14,853 bases of DNA from a virus, in UHGV virus genome UHGV-0073227. The stretch is one strand, 5' to 3'. The position numbers and the translations under genes are program-made. Positions 1 through 6,863 of this stretch are shown here, piece after piece; the stretch's first letter is position 1; each line of letters begins with the position of its first letter. A model generated the notes under the pieces. That model ran no database searches and was not told the origin of the DNA. It worked only from the letters and a program-made list of their open reading frames with translations.

Positions 1-49
1 TTATGTTAACGAAAGGATTGTACAGTAAAGCGCATTTGTTAACGAATCA

Positions 50-733
50 TTAAATGCCGAGTGGGAAAATATCATAGCCTTGTTCTTGCCAACTGGTGAG
101 TTGCTGTTGTTGGGCGGAGGTTCGATTTTCACCGCACCACACCAGCAATGTACGGCCTTCGAACAGTTCAGGGCGTAGTTGATTGAGCGAGTGGGCGAGG
201 ACATCAATGCGCCATCCTTGTTGACTGGCAATCCAGCCCTCCAGCCACAGACGGGTGGTATCGTGAATATTCCAGCCAACCACCAGCGCATCTTTACCCT
301 TTTTTTTACGTGCCGAAGCCAGACAGATGGCGATGTAGTTGATCAGTACGCCGTCGAGGATCGCCAGCAGCGCCTGGAGAGTCGGTTGTTGGCACTGAAG
401 CCGTCGACGCAGAGGAATAAACAAATGCGTGGTGAGCGTCTGGGCGGGGTAATCCTGACCGCGCTCTTTGATCCACGTTCGCAGGCTATGCAGATTGCCG
501 CTTTGCAAGTAAGTCAGTAATGTTTCTTGCTGATCGCGCCAGCCGTTCTGCACATCAACATTTTCATTACTGAGCAGCATTTTAACTTTGCTGACCTGCA
601 CGCCGTTGTCGATCCAGCGTTTGATCTCGCGGATCCGGTCAATATCGGCATCGTTGAACAGCCGATGACCGCCGTCTGTCCGTTGCGGTTTCAGCAATCC
701 GTAACGCCTCTGCCACGCGCGTAACGTGACAGG
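50..733 (-). pseudogene. mlrA: 3' portion of MerR-family regulator MlrA (YehV); 5' end displaced by prophage insertion
   Basis: Translation of ORF 50..697 matches MlrA from the MerR-type motif LLKPQRTDGGHRLFNDADIDRIREIKRWIDNG to the C-terminus (recalled from memory). Upstream in frame the sequence still reads PVTLRAWQRRYG (to about 733), then diverges and hits a stop at 767-769 with no ATG, so the native N-terminal HTH and start codon are missing. Confidence 0.85.
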
Positions 734-771
734 GATTAAGGGTAAACTAACTGATTTTACAAGTTTTTATT
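698..771. other. Prophage-host junction (int-proximal att site) between the mlrA fragment and the integrase stop
   Basis: mlrA homology is lost around 733-740 and the integrase stop codon is at 772-774; the crossover must lie in this interval. The exact core cannot be defined without the other prophage end. Confidence 0.6.
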
Positions 772-2058
772 TTACCCCACTTTCTTATGGGGCATACATG
801 GGACACTTTCAGATAGTCTTTTGTTAAGGAGTTCTATCTGTTCGTGATTGTTGTCTTTCATCCATGCTCCGTAAACATTGAATACCATTTGTGCGTTTGT
901 GTGGCCCATCTGGCTTGCGATAAAACTAGGATTAGCTCCAGCGGCAAGTGACCAGCATGCATAAGTATGCCTGGATTGGTACGATTTTCTGTGTCTCAGA
1001 CCTGCGCGTTTTAAGATACTTGTCCATGACTCCCTGATGGAGTCAACTTTGTAGTGAGGTCCAGACAACTGCTGCTGTTTTATTACCTGAGGGCTAAAAA
1101 CAAAAGTACATTTATGCACAGCAGTTCTCCCATATTCCCTCTGCTTTACCTCTACAGAATGTTGCTTTCCAAGCATGGTCATTTCCGCCTGGCTTTTAAG
1201 AGCATCAATAGCTGGTTGAACCAGATGAATTGTCCTTCCGGTGCCAGCATCGGTTTTTGGTGGAGTGAATTCGCCAAGTTTTGTATAATTTCTACGGATG
1301 GTTATAGTCCTTGCTTTAAGGTCTATATCTTCCCATGCCAGCGATACCAACTCCCCGTGACGAATACCCGTGTATACAGCGAGAATCCACAGGTTTTTTG
1401 TTTGTTGATGACGGCAAGCCTCAATAAAACGAATAAATTCGTCACGGGTGAGAGGATCTGGTTTTACCTTGGACTTTTTTAAGGGAGCCAGACCGTTAAA
1501 TGGGTTTCCTGAGGTATAACCATTATCTGTTGCAAATTGAAACATTCCAGCTATGGTTGTCATATAGTAGTTTACCGTGACCACTGAGCGCCCTTTTATG
1601 GAAGAAGTCTTTCCATTAGAAAGCTTTTGGTAACCGGTCAACAAATCTCTCCTTACGAAAAGTAAATCCTCTTTTGTTATGGATGAAACCAGTTTTTTTT
1701 CACCTAACATTGGTAACATGTTTTTAATTACTGACTGGTAACGGTTAAGTGCATTCGCACAAATCTCAATTTTCTTAAGGTCCAACCATTTTTCCGAAAG
1801 TGCCTTAACGGTTATCTCTCTTTTTCCCAGACCAAAGTGTTTCAGGTTAGGGGAATTAGGGAACTGCGCGGCGTAGTCGAAACTCCCCATTCTGATTGCA
1901 AAACAAACTGAAGTGCGAAGCTCACCAGCGATCTTCCGGTTTTTGGCGGTGTCAGGAACACCGAGGTTTTCTCTGACACGTTTGCCATTATAGTGAAACC
2001 ATATACGGAGTGATCCTCCATGGTTTTCAACGCCTGTCGGGTATGATGCGTTACTCAT
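772..2058 (-). CDS. int: Phage tyrosine integrase (site-specific recombinase)
   Basis: 428-aa ORF with a C-terminal catalytic region typical of tyrosine recombinases (GIRHGELVSLAWEDID ... HRKSYQSRHTYACWSLAAGANPSFIASQMGHTNAQMVFNVYGAW, carrying the R..H..R..Y residues). ATG at 2056-2058 is preceded by GGAGG. It sits next to the att junction. Confidence 0.95.
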   Translation of the reverse strand: MSNASYPTGVENHGGSLRIWFHYNGKRVRENLGVPDTAKNRKIAGELRTSVCFAIRMGSFDYAAQFPNSPNLKHFGLGKREITVKALSEKWLDLKKIEICANALNRYQSVIKNMLPMLGEKKLVSSITKEDLLFVRRDLLTGYQKLSNGKTSSIKGRSVVTVNYYMTTIAGMFQFATDNGYTSGNPFNGLAPLKKSKVKPDPLTRDEFIRFIEACRHQQTKNLWILAVYTGIRHGELVSLAWEDIDLKARTITIRRNYTKLGEFTPPKTDAGTGRTIHLVQPAIDALKSQAEMTMLGKQHSVEVKQREYGRTAVHKCTFVFSPQVIKQQQLSGPHYKVDSIRESWTSILKRAGLRHRKSYQSRHTYACWSLAAGANPSFIASQMGHTNAQMVFNVYGAWMKDNNHEQIELLNKRLSESVPCMPHKKVG

Positions 2059-2091
2059 AAAACCTCCCAGACGTCCAGGAGCATTAACAGG

Positions 2092-2346
2092 TTAACCGGA
2101 ACTTGCATTTTTGGCACCTGGTTGTTTCTGGTTTTCGATCCATCGCATAATTTCTTCGATGTTGTACAGGCATTCACTGTAATGCCCCGGATCGCCTTCT
2201 ACAGCGTAATGGCGGTATTCTTTTCCCTGCATCCATGACTTTCTTCTGGCCCGCTCGATGGTGCCAGGCTTTAGCCCTGTTGATGCAATGAGGACTCTCT
2301 CCGTACACCATTTGCTGGGGGTTATCTGATAGATGATTGTCTGCAT
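2092..2346 (-). CDS. Excisionase-like small DNA-binding protein (putative Xis)
   Basis: 84-aa ORF immediately upstream of int on the same strand, which is the usual xis position. Basic and HTH-like; RBS GAGGT before the ATG at 2346. Functional call is from position and size. Confidence 0.6.
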   Translation of the reverse strand: MQTIIYQITPSKWCTERVLIASTGLKPGTIERARRKSWMQGKEYRHYAVEGDPGHYSECLYNIEEIMRWIENQKQPGAKNASSG

Positions 2347-2389
2347 GCCAACCTCATAAAACTTTCATCCACGGCAGTGGCACCACACT

Positions 2390-2506
2390 TCAAACATTCG
2401 CTTCACATCTTCTGTACAACACGGTGTTGTTTATGCAGCGAACAATTTTTACCGGGTAACCGGCACTGTCGGTATACAGTTGTCCCTGATTAATCAGAGC
2501 GAACAT
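2390..2506 (-). CDS. Candidate 38-aa small protein (MFALINQGQLYTDSAGYPVKIVRCINNTVLYRRCEANV)
   Basis: Internal ATG of the 79-aa track ORF, preceded by a strong AGGAG with 5-nt spacing. It starts after the stop of the upstream 127-aa gene (2538), avoiding the overlap the full 79-aa ORF would need. Confidence 0.3.
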   Translation of the reverse strand: MFALINQGQLYTDSAGYPVKIVRCINNTVLYRRCEANV

Positions 2507-2537
2507 TTTTTCTCCTGCTCTCTGAATAGTGAGAACT

Positions 2538-2921
2538 TCAGAGCCGTATGTTTGTAGCGGGTTCAATGCTGATAATTTCTGCTGAGATAAGCATCCCGGC
2601 AAGCCAGAGTTCCCCGGACAGGTCTTCATCCTGGCATATCAGTTCGCCAATATTAATGGTGGCCATGATATCCGTTTTCCCTGTGCGCTCATCCAGGACT
2701 TCTTCATAAGGCAGCGTTGCGTACAGGCTTTCAATAGCGCAATTGATAACATCCAGTCCGGTCAGATTGCCGCCGACAGTAACTTCGAATGTTTCGCGGT
2801 ATTCCCATAGTCCGAAAGTTAATCGAACGGTTTGTTTTGCCATGCGTCCGCACGACGTCAGATTCGGGTCATAGTTCATTATTTGCGGTTGAGTATTCTG
2901 GTTGTTCATCTGATTTTCCAT
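2538..2921 (-). CDS. Hypothetical protein (~127 aa) downstream of the SPFH gene
   Basis: ORF 2538..2984 in the track; the track's start is a GTG inside the SPFH C-terminus. The first ATGs after the SPFH stop are at 2921 and 2909, just after a CCCGGC-GGTTT-GCCGGG stem-loop (2925-2941). No strong RBS, so the start is uncertain. No recognisable family. Confidence 0.5.
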   Translation of the reverse strand: MENQMNNQNTQPQIMNYDPNLTSCGRMAKQTVRLTFGLWEYRETFEVTVGGNLTGLDVINCAIESLYATLPYEEVLDERTGKTDIMATINIGELICQDEDLSGELWLAGMLISAEIISIEPATNIRL

Positions 2922-2949
2922 TAACCCGGCGGTTTGCCGGGCGTGTAAG

Positions 2950-3777
2950 TTATTTAATCTGGATAAATGGTGTATTGGCACCACTGGTCATGTATTGCGG
3001 CAGTGTACCGTTCCACTTGTTGATGGCTTCCAGCTCCATGACGCCAGGGTTCTGGCGCAGAGCTTCACCGCGTAAACGAATAGCATCGGCCTCGGCCTGG
3101 GCTTTTGTGCGAATCGCATCTGCCTGTCCGGCAGCTTCCGCGCGCAACATGTTAGCTTCCGCTTCGCGCTGTTTTACTTCCTGTTCGCGTTGCAGGGTTT
3201 TCTGGTTCGCCGTGACTTTGGCATTAATGCTGTCGATAACGGTTGGCGGGTACTCCGGCTTACCCACATATGAGAGACTCATTACCTGAATACCTATGGG
3301 CGTCATTTCTGCCTGAATGTCTTTAAGAGCTGCATCCAGTAGTTCAGACTTCCCGCCGTCGATAAATTTGTCAGTGGTCATTTTGCTGGCCAGTCGATTG
3401 AGTGCGTCGGCGATCTTCTGGCGCAGGTCAGTGTCGGTAATGTCATCCACGCCTTTGCGGTAGGTCTGAAACACCGTGGTAACTTTGGATGGATCAACTT
3501 TGTAGGCAACACCGATGTGATAGCCGATGGTTGTGCCGTCACTCATCTGGAAGCTGAACGGCTCATCGTAGGTCTTCATTTGTTTGAAGGTTGGGAAGAT
3601 GTAAACTTCAGTATTCCAGCCAGTCCAGTAGCGACCAACACCGACCACCTCACCGACGCCTTTATCGTCGCCCGGTTTATTTACTTTGATGCCAACATTA
3701 CCGGGTTCAACGCGATCGCAGCCGACAAGGCCAATGATCGGCAGAACAATGGCTAAAGCAAAAATAATTTTTTTCAT
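2950..3777 (-). CDS. SPFH/band-7 (HflK/HflC/QmcA-like) domain lipoprotein
   Basis: 275-aa ORF. The N-terminus MKKIIFALAIVLPIIGLVGC is a signal peptide ending in an LVGC lipobox. The body has SPFH-type motifs (NVGIKVNKPG, GIQVMSLSYVGKPEYPPTVIDSI) followed by the Ala/Glu/Arg-rich coiled tail (QREAEANMLRAEAAGQADAIRTKAQAEADAIRLRGEA) typical of HflC/HflK-like proteins. RBS AAGGA, 6 nt before the ATG at 3775-3777. Confidence 0.85.
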   Translation of the reverse strand: MKKIIFALAIVLPIIGLVGCDRVEPGNVGIKVNKPGDDKGVGEVVGVGRYWTGWNTEVYIFPTFKQMKTYDEPFSFQMSDGTTIGYHIGVAYKVDPSKVTTVFQTYRKGVDDITDTDLRQKIADALNRLASKMTTDKFIDGGKSELLDAALKDIQAEMTPIGIQVMSLSYVGKPEYPPTVIDSINAKVTANQKTLQREQEVKQREAEANMLRAEAAGQADAIRTKAQAEADAIRLRGEALRQNPGVMELEAINKWNGTLPQYMTSGANTPFIQIK

Positions 3778-3962
3778 TTTTTATCCTTAGTGAAAGAAAG
3801 ACCCTTGTAAATGGCATAAATGCAGGGCGGGGTCAGAAACGCCAGTGCAAAGCCAGAAGTAACTGCTATCGTATCCTTCATGGATATAAGGAACGGAACG
3901 AGTAATCCGTAAATGCATGCGATAATTGCCAGTAAAATTACTATTGTGAAATACAGTCTCAT
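3774..3962 (-). CDS. Small two-pass membrane protein, translationally coupled to the SPFH gene
   Basis: 62-aa ORF with two hydrophobic segments (YFTIVILLAIIACIYGLLVPFLIS and AVTSGFALAFLTPPCIYAIY). Its TGA stop overlaps the SPFH ATG (ATGA overlap at 3774-3777). Weak RBS. Confidence 0.55.
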   Translation of the reverse strand: MRLYFTIVILLAIIACIYGLLVPFLISMKDTIAVTSGFALAFLTPPCIYAIYKGLSFTKDKK

Positions 3963-4114
3963 TGGTATGTGGTATCCCGATATTTTTAACTGACAGACAG
4001 CGCAATAAAGAGAATAATGATTTCTGTTATTGTCAGTACTGTAGCAAGGATTAAAAGCAGTTTTACTCTGCTTAATTCACGGTTGTTTTTCATATAAATG
4101 GTTAGTAAAAAACG

Positions 4115-4131
4115 GAAGAATTATATTCTTC
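4115..4131 (-). terminator. Perfect palindrome GAAGAAT-TAT-ATTCTTC, followed on the minus strand by a T-run; weak terminator or operator
   Basis: 7-bp perfect inverted arms with a 3-bp spacer, 16 nt downstream of the 190-aa gene stop. The minus-strand continuation is CGTTTTTTAC. The stem is AT-rich, so a protein-binding operator is equally plausible. Confidence 0.3.
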
Positions 4132-4146
4132 TTAATATTTAATGTG

Positions 4147-4719
4147 TCACTGGCCTTCTGGCATACCATGAGTATTCAGGTCGTTAATCATTTCATCCAG
4201 AAGGAGTTCAAGCCCTTCTCGCCCCATGTCTGAAACAATGAAACCTTTATCTGGGTATGTAATGAGCATTTTCTGATAAAGAAACAGCGCTCTACCCATT
4301 CCTTCTGCCTTGCCGTATTTTTGAATTAAATTCCATTCAATATACTGCTGTAAGGCAAACCGAATGGGGCCGGGATATATCGTCATAACCCCATGCTTCC
4401 CGTTATATATTACGGCGCGATCTGTTGTTCCGTGTTCGTTTGGGATATCAATAGTGCCATTCTTGTTTTCTTCTTCGTTGATGAATGTCGTCACGTACAA
4501 CCAGCGCCACTGGGCTACCTTCATCTCAACAGGGAGTTTACCCAGTAATCCTGCATTGTCGGCTTGTGCGAGGCATTGAAGGATTTGCAAACCTTTCACA
4601 TTAGGATGATCGAATTCACCTGCATCCAGACGGCGGATTGCGTCGTGATAATCAATAGTCATACTGCCAGTTCGTATACCTGTGGCTGTTGCTTCAGCCT
4701 GGAATTCAGCGTATTGCAT
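4147..4719 (-). CDS. Hypothetical protein (190 aa), no recognisable family
   Basis: ORF with an AGGAG RBS 8 nt upstream of the ATG at 4717-4719; the RBS lies inside the end of the upstream 60-aa ORF, whose stop is 5 nt before this ATG (tight coupling). The local sequence looks AT-richer than the flanking phage core. Confidence 0.8.
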   Translation of the reverse strand: MQYAEFQAEATATGIRTGSMTIDYHDAIRRLDAGEFDHPNVKGLQILQCLAQADNAGLLGKLPVEMKVAQWRWLYVTTFINEEENKNGTIDIPNEHGTTDRAVIYNGKHGVMTIYPGPIRFALQQYIEWNLIQKYGKAEGMGRALFLYQKMLITYPDKGFIVSDMGREGLELLLDEMINDLNTHGMPEGQ

Positions 4720-4724
4720 GATAT

Positions 4725-4907
4725 TTACTCCTCATCTTCATCTGCTGGTGCAATAACGTCATATCCTGCCTTTTCTGCAATAAACAGGAATGTTGAAAGA
4801 CTTCCTACAAGTTCATCGTCATGAACATGACGAATTAATATTACTTTCCCGTTTTTGATGGTCAGCAATACTCTGGTTTGCTCGTGTTCTGCTGTTTTCT
4901 GATGCAT
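4725..4907 (-). CDS. Hypothetical small acidic-tailed protein (60 aa), coupled to the 190-aa gene
   Basis: ORF starting at the ATG 4905-4907 with a GGGAG RBS. Ends in the acidic tail PADEDEE. Immediately followed by the 190-aa gene. Confidence 0.65.
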   Translation of the reverse strand: MHQKTAEHEQTRVLLTIKNGKVILIRHVHDDELVGSLSTFLFIAEKAGYDVIAPADEDEE

Positions 4908-4909
4908 TA

Positions 4910-5023
4910 TTATCTCCCATATGCTTTACGCAGAAACAAGCAGGCAATATGCATGTAATTTTTCCCGTGCTGTGCAATAAGGCAGGCTGTTTTGTGTGAT
5001 GCCTTATGTTTTATAAAGGTCAT
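4910..5023 (-). CDS. Candidate 37-aa basic leader peptide (MTFIKHKASHKTACLIAQHGKNYMHIACLFLRKAYGR)
   Basis: Not in the ORF track (too short). ATG at 5021-5023 with a strong GGAGG RBS 7 nt upstream; its TAA stop (4910-4912) lies 2 nt before the ATG of the 60-aa gene. Confidence 0.3.
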   Translation of the reverse strand: MTFIKHKASHKTACLIAQHGKNYMHIACLFLRKAYGR

Positions 5024-5104
5024 ATAAAACCTCCTGTGGATTAAGGGTGTGATAATCCCCGGCGATTAAGCCGTAATATATTATCCGGAGATGACTTGTT
5101 CTAT

Positions 5105-5305
5105 TTAACTGGTTAGTTCTTTTTCAGCAGCTGCTTCAGCATAGCAACGTGCAAATTCAAGAACTTCATCACCTGTTCTTTTTATTGCGTCGTTGTCTGA
5201 CATTTGTAATACAACAACTGCGCATAATAAATTATGGATATTGTTTGCAAAGGAATCCGGTGCCAGGCATAAGCCTTCATACTTATCATGGATATTGCCA
5301 GTCAT
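5105..5305 (-). CDS. Hypothetical small protein (66 aa)
   Basis: Internal ATG of the 80-aa track ORF with an AAGGAG RBS; the RBS sits immediately before the stop codon of the upstream tandem-HTH gene (5311-5313), with 5 nt from that stop to this ATG. Confidence 0.6.
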   Translation of the reverse strand: MTGNIHDKYEGLCLAPDSFANNIHNLLCAVVVLQMSDNDAIKRTGDEVLEFARCYAEAAAEKELTS

Positions 5306-5310
5306 TGTTG

Positions 5311-5982
5311 TTACTCCTTTGCTTCTGATTTGCCTGTTAACAACCACATCAGGTCACAATTAAGAGCACTGGCCAGTGGTACTATCTGATCAGCAGGAAC
5401 TTCACAGATGCCGCATTCCCAGTCGTTTATGGGGTCGCTATAGGTATTAATCATGCGGGCAAGATCAGCTTCCGTTAAGCCCAGTTTTTTACGTGCGCTT
5501 TTGATGCGTGCGCCAATACTTTCCACGTAGACTTCAGGCGCATTTACGCGAATAACAGACGCGCTATCTTTTTCATCCAGCAAAGAAAGCGGATCGCACC
5601 CAATGACGTTTGCCAGGGGGATAAGCATGCTGATGGTCGGTTCGAACTCTCCGCTCTCCCATTGCAGGATGATCTCTTCATCGAGATCAAGCAGTTTGGC
5701 AAGTTCGGTGGTCGTCAAGCCGCAGGCTTCACGTTGGGCACGGATTTTTCCAAAAAAGTGACCATGCGAAACCATAGCTTTTGCCTCACATAGTTTTTCT
5801 GCAAAAATTGATGCAGTTTCTTCTGTTTTTTGCAGGGAACGCATCAGGCATCTGATTGCATTATAAACCCTCTCACTTTCTGCTCCGTTTTCTGACATGT
5901 AGGAATAGATCATTCCAAGCAGCGAGCCGCTTTCTTGTATTTGTGCTGCAATTTCATCCATCACCTTAACTGCATGCTTCAT
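5311..5982 (-). CDS. Tandem helix-turn-helix (two XRE-type HTH domains) DNA-binding protein with an N-terminal helical domain
   Basis: ORF 5311..6018; the track's first codon is TTG, while the ATG at 5980-5982 has a perfect AGGAGG RBS. Two HTH_XRE-like segments (GKIRAQREACGLTTTELAKLLDLDEEIILQWESGE and GARIKSARKKLGLTEADLARMINTYSDPINDWECG). First gene downstream of the PL-like promoter. Confidence 0.8.
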   Translation of the reverse strand: MKHAVKVMDEIAAQIQESGSLLGMIYSYMSENGAESERVYNAIRCLMRSLQKTEETASIFAEKLCEAKAMVSHGHFFGKIRAQREACGLTTTELAKLLDLDEEIILQWESGEFEPTISMLIPLANVIGCDPLSLLDEKDSASVIRVNAPEVYVESIGARIKSARKKLGLTEADLARMINTYSDPINDWECGICEVPADQIVPLASALNCDLMWLLTGKSEAKE

Positions 5983-6007
5983 ATGAGCCTCCTGTTGTTT
6001 TAATTTT

Positions 6008-6047
6008 ACAATAGCCAAAGCGTTTGGTTATGTCAATCGCTATAGCT
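6008..6047 (-). promoter_or_regulatory. PL-like leftward promoter with overlapping operator
   Basis: On the minus strand: -35 TTGACA (plus 6031-6036), 17-bp spacer, -10 TATTGT (plus 6008-6013), about 20 nt upstream of the RBS and ATG at 5982. The 13-mer TCAATCGCTATAG (6033-6045) overlaps the -35 and recurs in the cI-cro intergenic region. A palindrome CCAAA-GCG-TTTGG (6015-6027) lies in the spacer. Confidence 0.5.
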
Positions 6048-6124
6048 ATGCATTTTGGGCAGCAAAGAACAGATTATGAGAGAAATGAGACGATACGTAG
6101 GGAGTTGAGATACAGGAAAGTAGA

Positions 6125-6145
6125 GCAGCTGCGCAATACAGCTGC
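6125..6145 (-). terminator. Stem-loop GCAGCTG-CGCAATA-CAGCTGC downstream of the cI stop; candidate cI terminator
   Basis: 7-bp perfect stem with a 7-nt loop, 14 nt past the cI stop. The minus-strand continuation UCUACUUUCCU is only moderately U-rich. Confidence 0.35.
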
Positions 6146-6158
6146 CGGTGATGTTGAC

Positions 6159-6863
6159 TTATCCGACCCTGTTATACTGGATTGACTGATGAATGAGAAC
6201 TTTCCCCATTATGAATAGATGTTCTTCAGCTGATTCACTTATAAACCATTCCTTGTAGGCCGGATTGTCTGATATAACAGCAAGTTGCATCCCTTGCATT
6301 TGCAGGCGTTTGATATGGAAGGTGTGCCCAAAAATAAAAATATAGATACCGTCAGTTTCAAAATTTCTGACGGATACGTCGACAAACACCTGATCTCCTG
6401 CACACAGAGTAGGAGCCATGCTGTCGCCATCAACTGTTATCATCTTTATGATATTTGCTGGCCTGCTACAGAACAGACGTCTTGCGGCGTCATGTGAAAA
6501 TTCTATAGCATGGACCGTTTCTGCAAAATCTGAAACAAGGAATGTTCCTGGTCCCGCGCTGGCAGCGATATCCAGGACTTCCACACGAAAAATATCCTTA
6601 TCATTTTCCAGCGGGGAATATGATTCCTGTGGTGTCGGATTGCAGGATGTGCTTTCTTCTGGGGTCATAGGACCAACACCGTACGATAGCCACTCGGGGC
6701 GCACGTTCAGGGTATTGGCTATCTCCACAACTTTCCTGGAGCCTGTGGCACCATTAACCAGTTTATTTACGCTCGATTGAGCCATGCCAACCTCTCTGGC
6801 CAGTTTTCCCTGCGAGTATCCGCGGATAGTCATAGCTAACTGTAGCCTGTCTGAAAAGCTCAT
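6159..6863 (-). CDS. Phage repressor, cI-like (N-terminal HTH_XRE plus C-terminal S24/LexA-type autopeptidase)
   Basis: ATG at 6861-6863 with an AAGGAGG RBS. N-terminal HTH (YSQGKLAREVGMAQSSVNKLVNG). C-terminal S24 motifs: an Ala-Gly site (AASAGPG), the Ser nucleophile in VDGDSMAPT, and Lys in HIKRL. Divergent from the Cro-like gene. Confidence 0.9.
   Translation of the reverse strand: MSFSDRLQLAMTIRGYSQGKLAREVGMAQSSVNKLVNGATGSRKVVEIANTLNVRPEWLSYGVGPMTPEESTSCNPTPQESYSPLENDKDIFRVEVLDIAASAGPGTFLVSDFAETVHAIEFSHDAARRLFCSRPANIIKMITVDGDSMAPTLCAGDQVFVDVSVRNFETDGIYIFIFGHTFHIKRLQMQGMQLAVISDNPAYKEWFISESAEEHLFIMGKVLIHQSIQYNRVG

Noticed and set aside
4-45. Direct repeat TGTTAACGAA at 4-13 and 36-45 downstream of mlrA
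   Set aside because: Short, at the window edge in host intergenic DNA, with too little context to interpret; possibly a host regulatory or terminator-adjacent motif.
1-724. Track ORFs 1..291(-), 179..520(+) and 527..724(+) overlapping the mlrA fragment
   Set aside because: They overlap the well-supported mlrA frame on the same or opposite strand and have no RBS or recognisable motifs; typical shadow ORFs.
1054-2030. Track ORFs 1054..1482(+) and 1842..2030(-) inside the integrase gene
   Set aside because: Fully embedded in the integrase coding region (one antisense, one in another frame); low-complexity translations; no independent support.
2390-2629. Full-length 79-aa track ORF 2390..2629(-)
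   Set aside because: Its 5' third overlaps the end of the upstream 127-aa gene in another frame; only the internal ATG at 2506 has an RBS, so I kept the 38-aa version as a low-confidence call.
2538-2984. Full-length 148-aa track ORF starting at 2984
   Set aside because: The start at 2984 is a GTG lying inside the SPFH C-terminus with no RBS; I trimmed the gene to the first ATG after the SPFH stop.
2789-4005. Track ORFs 2789..3289(+), 3517..3756(+), 3787..4005(-)
   Set aside because: Antisense to, or frame-shifted overlaps of, the SPFH and 2-TM genes; no RBS or domain signal.
4364-4824. Track ORFs 4364..4579(+) and 4564..4824(+)
   Set aside because: Antisense to the coupled 190-aa and 60-aa genes; Ser/Cys-rich low-complexity translations.
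5982-6018. Upstream extension of the tandem-HTH ORF to 6018
   Set aside because: The codon at 6016-6018 is TTG and it would lie upstream of the predicted -10 element; the ATG at 5982 with AGGAGG is far better supported.
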